Below are positions 25,479 to 40,848 of a stretch of 64,000 nt of DNA, in pieces. The translations under genes and the position numbers were made by a program. Position 1 is the first letter of the stretch, and each line of letters begins with the position of its first letter. The DNA is from Paramecium tetraurelia. Lineage: Eukaryota. Under the pieces are notes generated by a model. That model saw only the letters and a program-made list of their open reading frames with translations, was not told the origin of the DNA and searched no databases. The DNA is taken from positions 124,001 to 188,000 of the forward strand of contig CT867997.1 in NCBI GenBank assembly GCA_000165425.1, read 5' to 3'.

Positions 25479-26318
25479 ATGGATCAAGTTTGTCAATAAC
25501 AAGGAAATCAATCGAATAATCAACCAAAAATAATAGAAAATGAAGAGTTATTTTCATATAGGAGGATAAACGTTCCAGGGCTTCCTATTTCGTCTTTAAG
25601 AACAAATTGCAAAGGTGACAAAAAAAGATTAGAAATTGGATTGATTTCAGACCGAAAATTAAGCGATGTTCCAAACTTTGATAGCATGTTCTCTGCTGTA
25701 AACTCTAAATTTCATCAATAAAAGAATAGTATAGGTGATATTCCACAACCATAATCCTAAGCGCCAAAAATGGAACCTCAAGCAAAGAGAAATTTGAGAA
25801 TGATTGAAAAATTAGAATCTGACAAGCTTTGTTTAAAAATATATATGTCTGAAGAAGATTCAAATTAAATAATATTTACAGGCATAAGTAAAGAATAATT
25901 ATAATCACCAACCTAAAATAAAAAAGAACTAATTTAAAAGTTGCAGAAGTTATTTGAGAATAACATAACTCAGACTAACGAAAGTAAATCTTTTACAGAG
26001 AGGTCCCTGTCTATTTCGAAAATATAAGAATATGAATAGAATGCACCCGCTAATATAACTAAAGATTTAGAAATTTTAGAAAATGAATTAAATTGTTAGG
26101 TTATCAATGAGCAACAATATTCAAATTCGAATATTTACAAACCATATCCATTAAGCTAATAAAATTTGACTTTAAATCTTAGACAAAAACAGAAAAGTTC
26201 AAAGATTTCATCATAAACAATAAATGGTCCCTCCTATTAATAACGGAATTCTGAATACAAGTGCATGAACAAAATCAAAACAAATGCTAAATCATTACAT
26301 GTAACATGTCACTCTTGA
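25479..26318 (+). CDS. Uncharacterised low-complexity protein
   Basis: Intronless code-6 ORF MDQVCQQQG...HVTCHS*. Confidence 0.8.
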
Positions 26319-26433
26319 GAGAATGAATTTCTTTTTTAATCATTAACATATTTTTTCATATAAATTTTTAATTTTACTTTAAGTAATGAGAAATTACTTT
26401 TTGAGTATTATTTATTAATCAAAATCTAACTAA

Positions 26434-27474
<1,041 letters not shown>

Positions 27475-27589
27475 ATTTTTGATGTTATTATCAATGTTTT
27501 AGCATTTATCCACGATATTTTACCAATCTTTGTCAATCGATAATATAAATCCAATTTTATCTTAATTAATCATATAAGTTATTTTTATT

Positions 27590-28610
27590 ATGGAAGCGTA
27601 AGTAATTTTGATTTTGATGGAAACAAGGAATTTAGCATTATCTTTCAAACATTTTCCCCAATTTCCTGTAAATTAGAGAAATTTTAATGCAGTTGTATAA
27701 AATTTCTTGTCTTAAATTTTGATAAAATGTTATATAAAAGTCANNNNNNNNNNNNNNNNNNNNNNNNNNNNNNNNNNNNNNNNNNNNNNNNNNNNNNNNN
27801 NNNNNNNNNNNNNNNNNNNNNNNNNNNNNNNNNNNNNNNNNNNNNNNNNNNNNNNNNNNNNNNNNNNNNNNNNNNNNNNNNNNNNNNNNNNNNTAATAAT
27901 AGCAATAATAAGAGTAATAATAGTAATCATAATAAAAATAAAATTTTTAAAGACAAACACCTCAATTACCTATTTCATTTGTAATTGAAGGAGTTCTTAA
28001 AGTATTATATTTTCCAGCATTATTATTCCTCCAAAAACCTGAATTGCATAAGTATGTGAATTTAGGCAGTGTTCTAATTTGCCTAATGGGTCTTATAAGA
28101 ATAAGAGGAATACCAAAAAAAGGGGAATATTAAGAATACTTTGCAAAAAGTCTCACAATTGAATTTGCAACTAATATCTTTTATATGATTGCTCTATTTG
28201 CCATAGATAATGTTGTATTTTAATTACCAATAGCCCTACACTTTTTGGTTGGAGCTGCTGAATTGTGGACATAATTAAGCTAAGATGAAGGTTTTACTTT
28301 AAGATTTGCTTACTATATAGTAAAAAATCGAGTTGAGATTTTAATTACAAAGTAAAAGATTGAAATATACTTGTTCTTCTATTCAGTAATTGGAGTATTT
28401 CTAAGAAAGACTTCCTTATTTTTAGGCGTTTTTATATTCTAAAATATATTGTTGAAAACTAAATGCAATTAAAAAATGATGATAGCTCAATCTAACATTA
28501 AGGATTGGTATAGAAGCAATTTACTTGAAAATTCCAAAGTTCCACAACCTTTACAGAAATTATTCGGAATCATCTGGATTGGATATGAAAAATTAATTAC
28601 AATTTTTTGA
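27590..28610 (+). CDS. TMEM33/Pom33-like multi-pass membrane protein (spans an N-gap)
   Basis: After poly-Q: several hydrophobic helices (NIFYMIALFAIDNVVFQLPIALHF; KIEIYLFFYSVIGVF; LFLGVFIFQNILLK) in a TMEM33-like order. The 5' join across the gap is unverified. Confidence 0.55.
27744..27893. other. Assembly gap (N)
   Basis: N run, flanked on the right by TAA/TAG-rich poly-Q sequence. Confidence 1.
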
Positions 28611-28639
28611 ATGTTGTTAAATTTAATCATAGGAAAATT

Positions 28640-29514
28640 TCATGGTTTTTCTTTTCTAGTGGTTTTAACTTCAACATTTTCTTCTTTAATTTTTTTTATT
28701 ATTTAATAATCAACTAAACCTGCTGGCTATACTGACTTATAATCTCTAAATTATTCATATCAAGATTAGGAATTTACTTTTCATATCTTTATATAGTTCT
28801 TCAATCACTTTAATTTCCATCTCATTGTCATAGGAATTTCTCGTAAAATTCTCATAACCTTTAATATTGATTACAACAACAGAACCGTATGTATAATAAT
28901 CCTCAATTTTGGGGTACCTGTCAATCTCCAAATATTCATAATCATTGAATTCGTCTTCATAAAATCTAATTTTGAAATGAATTTTGAGATTTAGCATGCA
29001 TTAGATATTATGCCTATTAAATTTAACCTTCTCCATCCATATTGCAATGGATTTTAATTTGATATTTCTACTGCTTAATCTGCTTAATCAAAAATCAAGT
29101 TGTATTCACATTAAAAAAAGCATATTACAACCACTTTCAGAAGGAGTACTAAAATTATTTTTGGCTTAATTTAAAATTTCTTTTTTGATTTTATCTGTAT
29201 CCAGTTTTTATTATTCGTATACTCTCTATTGCACCAAACATTCTAATCAAACCTTGTAGAGTCAAAATTTTCTCCTGTTCTTATTATGGGTACAACAGAT
29301 CTTTGACCATTTTCATCCAAAAGTACTTCATTTTCATCATCGCTGAATACAATTTGTACTTTACACAAATAATCCGACACAAATTGATCCTCCTATGGAA
29401 CTTCTAGTTATTTAAGCTTTTATTATACTAATACATTATTGAAATCTAGTTCTAGAAATGATTATAAATTTAATTAATTATTTACTCTTATTCTAGAAAT
29501 GAACTAGAAAACAT
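28640..29514 (-). CDS. Uncharacterised protein with several introns; 5' exons uncertain
   Basis: QEDQFVSDYLCKVQIVFSDDENE...IHFKIRFYEDEFNDYEYLEIDRYP...RKEKP*. Confidence 0.65.
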
Positions 29515-29712
29515 AAAATATAGATAATTATGAGAAAATAAAAAGCTCACACATTAATATTAATGTTTAGACCTTAATTAGATTACAGTTTGATGTTTTG
29601 TTTTGTTAAACTGACTTCACTAGTTATTTTTATTCAGTTTAATAATGAATGTGATACGGATTTGCTATTTGATTTGAAAATTATTAATTTTTTGCTAAAT
29701 ATATTTCAAATA

Positions 29713-31380
29713 ATGGGAAATTGTCAATGTAGGAAATATTATGATTCCGAACAAGAATCTTCCAACAATAATCTTTAGGAAATAATCTTAGATATTAATC
29801 AGAAATAGGAGAAGGTGTAGGAATTGTTCATTAAAATTAAAACTTAGCGACAAGAATCTTTCTCTTTGTTTGATTATGAGAATTAGAATCATTAAAAGGA
29901 ATCAATCTTAAAAGTATGAGGATTTATATTAATAAGATTAGAGAAGGAGGGTATTTAATCAAAAATAATAACGAGTTGTAATGGATAGATGAAGACATTG
30001 ACTGGAATAAGTGTGTGATTAAATAGGAGCAAATACTTTTCAGAATTGAAAAAATTAATGGAGTTTTTACGATAATAAATCAAAAGGGAGAATGTAAATA
30101 ACACTTAGAAGAGGACAAGCAAGAATTAACAACCAAGAACATTGGAGACAATAGAGAGTTTCAATAATCTGAGAACCTGGATTAGTTTGAAGGGAAAGAA
30201 TTTGAATAATCATAGGAATTAATAAAAAAAATGAGTTATCAATATTAAAAGTCTTTCNNNNNNNNNNNNNNNNNNNNNNNNNNNNNNNNNNNNNNNNNNN
30301 NNNNNNNNNNNNNNNNNNNNNNNNNNNNNNNNNNNNNNNNNNNNNNNNNNNNNNNNNNNNNNNNNNNNNNNNNNNNNNNNNNNNNAGAGTTAGATCGATC
30401 TAATAAAGTTTAAGAATACTGGAATAAAATTAAAATAAGGTTATCTATTAAAATTTGGAAGAGTTAAATTTAAAATTAGTGAAATTCAACTAAATAATAG
30501 AGAGTTATTGTATATTTTTATATTATTTATAACTCTTAGACGCGATTCGGATTCAGGTGGATTGAGTCAATCTGATAGTATTCTATGTAGAATATGTTGT
30601 AGTAGCTCTGATAGTTTATAGAATCCATTGATTAACCCTTGTAAATGTACTGGATCGATCAAATATATTCATCTGAATTGTTTAAAGAAGTGGTTAAAAT
30701 TGAAATTCCAGACTAAACACAGTAATCATTGCATGATCTACATGTGGAAAGATTTAGAATGTGAAATATGTAAGTTTAATTATCCACCGATTTTTAAAAG
30801 CGATGAACATCATTTTGATTTGATTGAGTTGAGTAAACCAATAGATCAAAATTATGTATTGATGGAAATCATTCAGAATCATCGTTAAGTAAATACTTAA
30901 GATATCATTAAGGATGCAAGAAACAATTAGACAATTCAAGATTAGAATTGGACATAATGTAATGGAGTCTACATAATCACTTTTAATAATAATGGTGATG
31001 ATAAAACTATAAAAACTAATTAGTTATAGATTGGAAGAGCCAATGAAATGGAAATTAAAATAAATGATATTTCTGTAAGTAGAAATCATGGAATTCTTAA
31101 ATTATATAATGGAAAATTGTATTTGATGGATAATAGATCAAAATTTGGATCATTGATATTAATAAAACAAAAAGTGATACCATTAATACAAGAATTGAAT
31201 GGAATCGAAATTTAGCTTGGAAGAAGTGTTGTCCAATTCAATTTTGGAAAAGATGAATTAAATGCACAATCTTCTAAATAAGTTTTGGATTCTGAAAACT
31301 TAGAGTAGTTATATTATCTTAAATCAAGGAAAATTATTGGCCCAGATCCAGAAGACGAAGATCTCCTTTATTTTCAATGA
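29713..31380 (+). CDS. RINGv (MARCH-type C4HC3) plus FHA domain E3 ligase, N-terminal MGNCQC
   Basis: CRICC...PCKCTGSIKYIHLNCLKKW...CEICK; FHA IGRANE..INDISVSRNHG..DNRSKFGS; spans an N-gap. Confidence 0.93.
30258..30385. other. Assembly gap (N)
   Basis: N run. Confidence 1.
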
Positions 31381-31592
31381 GTTTTGTTATATTTTCTATA
31401 ATAAAAATACTTATCATTCCTTTAGTCTTTTAATCTAAATTAGGTTGCAACTAAAGATTTATATTTATTCTTAGTTTGACAAAATAGATTAGATTGAAGT
31501 TATTGAGGATGTCAGAAACAAATTTCATCTAACAATTGTATTATTTTTATAAATAGCAAATTTAATATGATCAACAGAATTAAATTTAGATA

Positions 31593-32281
31593 TCAATTTA
31601 TACAATCAAGGGATTTTGCAATAATTCCTTCTATTTTTGTTTAATCCCCAATTTAATTTTCAAGATACTCTATTTATCCTGTTTACTTTCTCTCCTTTAA
31701 GGATCCCTTAATCTGGAATTCTTTTTAATCAGCTTCGTTTAAAATGACTTCTGTGATTTTAATTTATAATTCTATTTGATTTTCCAATATCTCATTTTAT
31801 TCTAAAGTAATATGCGTAGATTAATACTATTCATGAAGGCATTGAAATTTTCATTCCAAATGAATGACTTTTCATTTATTTCATCCTCTGGAATTAAAAC
31901 ATTGAATATATTGAAGATCTAAACAATCATATGTGATTTAAATTATTGAACCAATCTCCCTTTTACTAAAGATCCTAAGAAATATATATTATATTAACCT
32001 GAGTGCAATTACAATAATGTTACTGTATATTCAATATCAATGAACATTTATGGTTGATCGTCAAATGTCTCAAGATATTCAGATACTATGTTAACTTTCT
32101 TAACAGCAATGACAATACTCTAAATTAATTACAAAATTACAGGAATTGAATTATGTATTCTGCATGTAAAAATCATCTTTGGAATCACATTCTAAATTGA
32201 TTTTGATATATTTTTAAGATGATAAGGCATCAAAACAATTGTGGTTTATTCTTTGAAACTGGTTAATTGCAAATTATCCAT
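31593..32281 (-). CDS. RPA43: RNA polymerase I subunit RPA43-like (Rpb7 family)
   Basis: IVLMPYHLKN, SIVIAVKKVNI, FDDQPQMFIDIEY, GSLVKGRLVQQFKSHMIVQIFNIFNVLIP follow the A43 pattern; 3' end uncertain. Confidence 0.65.
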
Positions 32282-32474
32282 AATTATTCTTTTAATTAAA
32301 TAATTTTATTTACCTTATTTATGAAATAGATATTAGATTCAATTCATAATAAGAATATGATAATTATGCTAGTAAGACAAGATGATTGATAAATATGATT
32401 TGATTGCTCTCTAGTGAATAACATTTATAGTAATTATGGTATAATATTATTTTATATATTTAAATTACAGATTA

Positions 32475-33404
32475 ATGAAATGTTCTACTCAACCTTAAAT
32501 TATTATCACTCCAAACCCTAAATATTCAGTAACAGAAGAGGGTGATGAATTACCAAATCCTATGTTGGATTCTATTTTGTCACAAAAGTCTCAAGCATCT
32601 TATTCTGGTCTTGGAAAATGCTTGAAATTGAAATTAAATTCAAATAGAAGCGATTAAAGAAATTCTCCAAATAAACTGCTATAGATTAGAAGAGTACCTT
32701 CTGAATCCAAAAAAGAATCATATAAAAAACAATATAAGTAAATGGACAGTTTGTTGCCATTGTTAAAATTAGTTTAGTTGAACTAAAAATAAAATAAAAC
32801 TGAATGTTATAATGGAGAAGAAGTGACAATAGATTAGAAGATTTACTTTATAAAAACAAATGAGATTTTAAACATTTTTCAAAAAGCTGCTGATGGATTC
32901 ACAATATCATATGAAGAGGTAGAAAATTGTTAAGAGGAACAGATGAAACAAAGTGTTTCTGTATCAGAAAAAATGATAAAATCTATGAAAGCAATTAAAA
33001 CATTTCAGAAAGCCAAGAATAAAATCAGATCTTTTATCTTAGTTTCTGATGTTTCTAAATATACTGATGAAGAGATTAAGCGTAAATAACAAGCAGATAA
33101 AATGAATTTATTCTTTAGTGATAATACATTTATTTAAAAAAGTGATCATCAATTAGGAGAGTAAATAATAAAGACTAAATCTCCATCTCCATAGAAATAT
33201 TAGATAGGTGAATCATAGTATTTTTAAGAAGAAAAGATCATACATTAAAATAATAAAGCACCAAGAAGATTGTTTCACTTTATTTAGTTTTCGAAAACAA
33301 TTTTAATAAATACGTCATTTGTAGTTGGGATATTTTTACTAATTTTATTATTGGCATATATTAAAACCATAAATAATTACCCAACTCAAATGGAAGATTT
33401 GTGA
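32475..33404 (+). CDS. Uncharacterised protein with a C-terminal TM helix
   Basis: Intronless ORF; TM SFVVGIFLLILLLAYI near the end. Confidence 0.8.
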
Positions 33405-33500
33405 ATAATATTATATATAAATATGTGCATAAGCTTTGTTTAAAAGTAGAATGGCATTTATTTAAATTATTAATAAAATAACATAAATAGTTCGTTAATT

Positions 33501-34229
33501 ATGAATACTTTGAATAGTATGACAAATCCTTATAACATGCCTTCTACACCATATGGTGGAATCTTAGATGCAGATGGGTGCAGAATGCTTGCTCGAAAGA
33601 TCTTCTCAACTTACGATCGTAAACAATTCTTTAATGATCTCTATAGTTAGCAATAAAGGATACATCGATGTAGTCGATATAGGATCAATGTTTACAGATG
33701 CATATCGATCCTAAAACATTGTTACAAAGCCTAAAGTTAATGAAACCAATGGATACATGAAAGCTATTAACAGTAAATTATCTTAATCTTATCTCTTAGA
33801 AACTGCTTAAAATCGATTAACTTTGTAGGATATTGAATAATATTGTTTAAGAAAGTTTTGCGGAACTTCCTATCAATTCAAGCAATAATAATCAGTGAAT
33901 AAGTGAGACTTTGTTCGTAATTTTAGATAACCAAATTATATTGAAGAGCGTTTATAAGTGGCGAGAACCTTATTCAAAAAACTTGATGCTGATGGATCAG
34001 GGTATATCACAGAGGATGAAGTCTTTGAAATTATCAGGGAAACATATAGATAAATGGGTATCTATTCAAAATAAATTTAGGTATGAAATATGAACCAACA
34101 GCTGATGATGTGAGAAGTTGGATACATATGACTGATTCTGATGGAGATGGAAAAGTTACTTTAGAAGATTATGAAAATTTAGTTTTGAAATCTTTGCAAT
34201 AGCAAGCCATCTCATATAATTTAAGTTGA
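33501..34229 (+). CDS. EF-hand calcium-binding protein, TCBP-25/PCBP-25 family
   Basis: LARKIFSTYD; VARTLFKKLDADGSGYITEDE; PTADDVRSWIHMTDSDGDGKVTLEDYENLVLKSLQ closely follows the Tetrahymena TCBP-25 pattern. Confidence 0.88.
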
Positions 34230-34261
34230 TTTTATTTATTATTATTATTATTATTATCATT

Positions 34262-36717
34262 ATGGATAATTATGAATAAGTTTTATTTCTTAATCCAACT
34301 CAATTATAGTCTGTACAAAGCTAATTCGAGAATATCAATAAACAAGTCATTCAGCTCTATGAAAAAGTATAAAAAGTATCATTATTAGAAAAAATATAAA
34401 AAAGTTTACACGTTATTATCCAAATTTTTAGATCGTTACGATCATACCAATTAGATTCATTTAAATGATAGAATTCATTTTTTAAATATACTGCTAATGG
34501 CCTTAAATAAAATATTTAAGAAATCCATACTCAAAGATATGTCCAGAAAAAACCTAATTGACATTAAAGTCTGGAAATAGAAACTTACTAAATACAAAGA
34601 AATCTATCCTATTCTCATATCCAAAATTAATTCAAATTTAGAATTGGCTACTGCAGATCCTAAACAAAGAATTAGAGAACAATTAAGAAATTCCATTTTT
34701 AAGGATTAATTAGAATAATAAATTTAAATTATAAATACCAGTGGATAACTAAAGTTAGATTAAATTACAGTTCCTTTCATATTAACCAAAGAATTTGAAA
34801 TTTATTTGAAAAACGTAATGATCGCATATAGATTGTAAAGTTATTATGCCGAGATAAAGCCTAATGAGAAGTTAAAATTTGCTATTTTATCCTATGATAT
34901 TACCAAAATAATACTTTAAAGTAAAGGTAGAAGAGTCTCTAAATTATGTTAATATATTTTATCGGCTACAAATTTATTTAATAGATATTTTGAATCAAAG
35001 GATGATTAATGTTCTCAATTAATTGAAGAAATAAATAATTCAGAAGCTTTAAGATATTTGATATTTTTAGTATAATAAGTTGAAGCTCATGGTGATTTCA
35101 AAAGTAAGCTTAAATGCAAATGGAAATTTACAAAATTGTTAAAACCTCTGATTTGGTTTTGGATCTAATCGATATATTATTATCAATCAAAATTTAAGTT
35201 TGAAAGATGTTAAGAAATAATGGGTGTCCTGAAATGGCTAGTTTATCATTATTTAACCTCAACTGATGAACTATCGATATATGTATAAAACATATCTGCA
35301 ATTACATATGCAAAAAACAAAGAAAACATTATATTCAATCAAATTTTAGAGTAAATCTACCTTGATGAAGAAATTGGACTGCCTAGAATCAAAAAATTAT
35401 TTGAACAAAAAAATGCATGGATAGCTTAAAATGAGAAACACCAAATGACNNNNNNNNNNNNNNNNNNNNNNNNNNNNNNNNNNNNNNNNNNNNNNNNNNN
35501 NNNNNNNNNNNNNNNNNNNNNNNNNNNNNNNNNNNNNNNNNNNNNNNNNNNNNNNNNNNNNNNNNNNNNNNNNNNNNNNNNNNNNNNNNNNNNNNNNNNN
35601 NNNNNNNNNNNNNNNNNNNNNNNNNNNNNNNNNNNNNNNNNNNNNNNNNNNNNNNNCTTTTTTGGCCAAATCAAAAAATAACCTCGCTCATAATTCAAAA
35701 CTTGCTTTTATTGAAATCAATAATGAGAATTTCAGTTCAAATGATACTAGATTATCTAGTAATACATTGAGATTCCCAAAAAAAGAGAACACTTCTATTC
35801 ACGGATCTAAATCTTTTAGAGGATCACTTTCACAATTTTCCAATAGTTTTTCTGACAAAAAAATATCAAACTAAATCGAATAAATTCAACCTTAAGCATA
35901 ACCAAATGCTAAGCCTACTTCTTCTTTTTTGGATAAAATGATTAAGAAGATGATTGAAAATAAAATAATGACAGATGATATCTAGTAAATTATCTCGTTT
36001 ATATCTTAGATGCAAGGAAGCTTAATTGTTTTAATTGTTGAGTAAAGAGAAATTGGAATAAAAGGAAAGTGATTTCTACAAGAAACTTTTAAGATTTAAA
36101 ACTTAATTTTCTAAATTCGTATTACCTGTTAAATTAAAATCAAAATAAGAAGTTATAACGAAATAAGATTTACAAATGAGAGTTATTAATAAATAAATAC
36201 ATGTTGATTCTTTAAATGCTAAACCTAATCAAATATTAACAAAATAAAATGATCTTGATAATTCATTACTATCTTTCGAAAAACCAGGAGCAAAATTAGG
36301 ACCTTTATAGAAATTAAAAAAGATTATTTTCTAACATCCAGAGGTTTTCTCCCTTTAAAAGTTTAGAAATAAATTGAAATCCTCAAAAAAATGGTACAAT
36401 CGATCCAATAGCGCCAGAATGACACATGCAAGTATTATAACTTTCTTATATAAGGAAGATCAGTAATGATCATGAAGACAAAAGAATAGCACATTCAAGA
36501 GTTAAATTCATTAAGAGAAAGGTCAATGTCTTAATTAAAAAAGAATATCAGCGAAACACAACTCAACATATAGGGTGTAGATAAAGAACTAAGAAGTAAG
36601 AGTGTTAGATTTAGACAATTTCGATAAAATACTGAATAACCATTTTAAATTGAAAATAGGTACTAGAATTTAAGCAAATCAATAACTAAATTAGATTAAA
36701 CAAAAAAAAATATTTGA
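34262..36717 (+). CDS. Large uncharacterised protein (helical N-half, S/Q-rich C-half); spans an N-gap
   Basis: Long code-6 frames on both sides of the gap; could be two genes. Confidence 0.7.
35450..35656. other. Assembly gap (N)
   Basis: N run. Confidence 1.
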
Positions 36718-37066
36718 TCTACATTAATTATTCTTAATAATATTATTTTATAGATTATCGATCTTATGAAATTAAATATTAGAAATGTTGAACCAATCTT
36801 AAACTAATTTTTCATTATTAGAATTTATTTTGTTTATCTTTTTCAATATCAACAATTAATTGTGATTTGTGGATATTGTTAAAACTACTTGAAGTATCAT
36901 TTATAGTCAATAAAATCACAAAATATGAATGAAAAAAATGTAAACCTTCGTTTTTCCAAAGCAATCTATATTTTCAATAAATAAATAATCAATTAAACTC
37001 TGATCTATCTTTTTATTTATGAGAAGACAATTAAATATTTCATAAAATTAGTAAACAACAGACAGA

Positions 37067-38725
37067 ATGCAACAGATTGGAGCGATGTAGTAAGCATTAA
37101 ATGTATGAAAGAATTAGATAAAAATAAGCCTTTGAATTATTGAGTTACACTTTGCTTTCAAATTCTATCTATGTAATTACAGTTTTGATTTTATGTTTTG
37201 AACTTGCTTATGAAGGAAATATGTTAAGTGTGATATATTGCATAGATTCAAAATTATTATTATAAATTCTGCATCAACTATACTATTATAGGGCATTTGC
37301 TAAAATAAATGTGTAAGAGCATATTATATATTATTATATTAAAGAAAATACAATCACGCCTTAATAAGATTATTCTAACTATTCATTGAAGTATGCTATG
37401 TGCTCTCACTTAATATCTATGCTGTCACTGGAAAAAATAAGTTGATGCTGCTTTCAAATACTTTTCCTCTTATAAATATCTCCTTATCATTGATAGTAAA
37501 GTTAAATGAAGGGAATTAGTTGCTAAAAGAATCAGTGCAATAAATTAATTTGTTTAATGTAATAAGAAACTCTTGTATTTTGCTAATGTCTATATTTTTC
37601 AGTTTAAAAATAGAAGGATACTTGGATATTGATTGGTTATACGCTTTATGGGTATTTTGGCTATTATTTAGTCTGTCAGCATCATTCATTATATATTACA
37701 TTTTCGTTGTATTGGCTTTAAGCATTCAAGTAATATTGGATTAGGGCAATTATGAAAGAAACTAGGGTTTATTATTATAAAATATAATTAGTGATAAAGA
37801 ATATGTGGATATTGCTGTTTCTGATATCGTGTTCCTCAATGTGTTTTGTCATACCAATATCGATATTAAATTTTACTACTGAAGGAAATTACGAGGGACC
37901 TGTTTAAGCAGGTAGAATCATCCTAATTGCAAACTAAATAGTATTCTCTTATTTTAATGCCAAATTTAAATCAGAGTTAATTTTAGCTTCAAAAAGGTTC
38001 TTGTCTCTAAATGACTCTGTAAATCCACTCCATACTATGATTACTCAACAAGGGGAAGCATAGATTCAGCAATTTAATAAGTAAGAATACTTAGAGAGTC
38101 AAACTTCAGAAGCATAATTTCAAATTCCAAGAATGGTCAAAAGAATTTCGAAAACTTATTTTGGATTCGATGATCTTAATTTATAGAAAAAAAGTGATTC
38201 CAAAATATAAGGATTAAATAAAAAGCCCACTCATCATAAAGCCTTATCATCTCATATTCAAAAGCCAATCGAATAGAATGATGAAAGGATAAAACTTGCA
38301 TCTATGATGAATCTGAAATTTAATGAATAAGAAAATATAGAGGAATTAAAAGGAACTTCCATTTTGCAACACCAATAGAATGTACTAAAGATTTGATATT
38401 AATAGGAAAATTAACAAAACTCAATATCATTGTCATCCATCAATTTATGTTGTATTTGCTATGATAGTAATCCAGATGCATTGTTTATGTAATGCGGTCA
38501 TGGTGGTGTATGTTATCATTGCGCTTTAGATATGTGGAAAAATAAAGATGAGTGTTATTTATGTAGAAAGGTAATATCACAATTATAAAATTATAGAAAA
38601 TAGATAGAGTGTTATAGATTTAAATCTGTGAAAATTCTAAGAATTTATATTAAGTTGTTGGAGCTACTTAAATGAATTCAAGTTCGTAAAAAAAACATAT
38701 AATTAGTTAATAACATGATTAATGA
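37067..38725 (+). CDS. Multi-pass membrane protein with C-terminal C3HC4 RING (E3 ligase)
   Basis: Many TM segments (SLKIEGYLDIDWLYALWVFW); CCICYDSNPDALFMQCGHGGVCYHCA...CYLCRK. Confidence 0.9.
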
Positions 38726-38757
38726 TGAGTTACTATTAAAAATAATTATAAATTGAA

Positions 38758-40516
38758 TCAATTTCTTTTCTTCTTTCCAGTTCCTGCTCTTATATGCTTT
38801 TCTGCAATGTCTCTAAGTTGAGCTTTGGAAAATTACTATTCTGAGAGTTCAGTATCCTTAAATTTGTCAACTATTATAATCAGATTAGATTATTACGTAT
38901 TCTTTGTAATAATTCATCGTTTGGATTATCTCCTTAATTATTTCCGTCATCTATTTTAATAAAATTAGATTGTTTAGCCTAATTTAATAAGAGTAATACA
39001 TCTTTCTTCATAAAATTATGACGTGGGTTTTATGCAATATCTTGCATTTGTAAAATATCATTAGTTCTTATTTCAATAACACCCAATACTTTTAATAATT
39101 TATCTTCATCCATTTCTTTAAAACTCTTATTATATAGAAATTTAATTTTACAAATTTAGGTCCTAGTAATTAACTGTATTCCTTTAAATTGCAACCAATA
39201 CGTTCAAACATAATTGGGATACTGATCATCAACTCTTTAAGAATTTTAGATATATCATAAAGTTTCTCTTATAATTTCTCTTATTTTGCCTTGATTTTGA
39301 CTAGTTTTTCCTCAAATTACAATTTCTACTTATATTTTTAATCAGCCATAATTTTTTAATCTCTGTTTTCTAATTCTTATTTCTCCATCAATAATAATTT
39401 ATTTTATTTTTACAGCATTTCCAATTCATCAGATTATTCATAAATATATTTAAAAGCCCCATAATTTTGTTCTTCTTATTCAACAAATATATTAACAATT
39501 TCATCAATTTATTCTGATTTAGTCTAATTGTATAATTATTTTAAAGTTTAATCATAAGTTTGAACTTCAGATTGTAAATCCACTAGTGCTTATTATTCCT
39601 GTTAATTTTATTATGCTTTTTATTCTCTTTCTAATATTTTTTTCTTTTTCTTATCAGCCATTTCATTAATATGTAATATTTCATATTTCAAATCTTCAGC
39701 ATCTGCATCCTCCTCAGAACCACTATATCTTTCATAACTATCACTTCTATGTTTCTATTTTTTATAATTATCAGTTTCTTTTTTGCCTCTACTTTTCTCC
39801 CTAGATTTAGACTGATGTTCAGGAGATTTGGATTCTTTAAATTTATCATAAATGCTTTTGAATTCTTTGCCAAATTTTCTTTATTCTTAGGCTTCATTCC
39901 ATCTTAATGATTTGATTGTATTCATTTCTTAATGTAAACTTTGGAATGCTTTTTCTTATTCTTGACTTCTATTAAGCATTTTCTCATGGTGAGCAATCCA
40001 ATCTTCTTATAATTATTTGAGGATTTTCTTAAACATTTCTTTCTCCCTTCTCATTTTATTTATATCATTTTTAAGTTAAACTGTTTCATTTAGCATTTCA
40101 TTCTCCTTTTAATATAAATAAGCAAGATTAAATTAAATGTCTATTTATTAATCATATAATACTTTAAGGTTGTCTTCTCATTTTCAACTTTTTGTCCATT
40201 TATGAATTTTATTGGTTTTATTTTTGATTTCTATTTTCTCCCCATCTACTACCCCTCTCTTATTCATATATTTGCCTCCTCTTCTTTTCTATTTCATTTT
40301 CTTTGATCTGAATTTATTCCTTCAATTCATCCCTCTTTGCATGCAAAGTTTAGAGTTACTTATTTAGATTGGCCTCTTCTTCTTATTAATTTGTAATCTT
40401 AGTAAATGTTTATGATTTTAAATCCTTCTCCTGACTTGATCGAAAACTACATTAAATGTATTAAATTACGCATTTCCTGCAGTCTATGTTCTTTTTAGAT
40501 AAGCTACTTTATTCAT
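38758..40516 (-). CDS. Coiled-coil protein, outer dynein arm docking complex DC2 (ODAD1/CCDC114/CCDC63)-like
   Basis: LKNDINKMRREKEMF, IDEIVNIFVEQEEQNYGAFKYI, LLKVLGVIE resemble family motifs (IDxLRxER, FxExEExNFxxFxY, YLGxIE). Confidence 0.65.
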
Positions 40517-40848
40517 AAATATTAATTAATTTAATTGCAATATATATATAAACATTCTATTAAACTAATCATCAATCTCAATAATCACTCTTTTAAATAA
40601 ACTCAAACTCTATCTCTTTGTATTTAACTACAAATAAAATTTTATGTTGATACTGAATTTAACTAAATTTCAAACTAAACTCATTAATCTAAAGGAAAAC
40701 CTTTAAAACAACCCTTTATTAAAGTAATTAAAAAAAAATCTACTGTAAATTCTCTGAAAACGTATTAAAATTCTTCATTTAAACTATTCTAAATATTCAT
40801 GCCTTTGAAAAAATTATATTTTGATTATTATGTGCAAAATTTAATAAA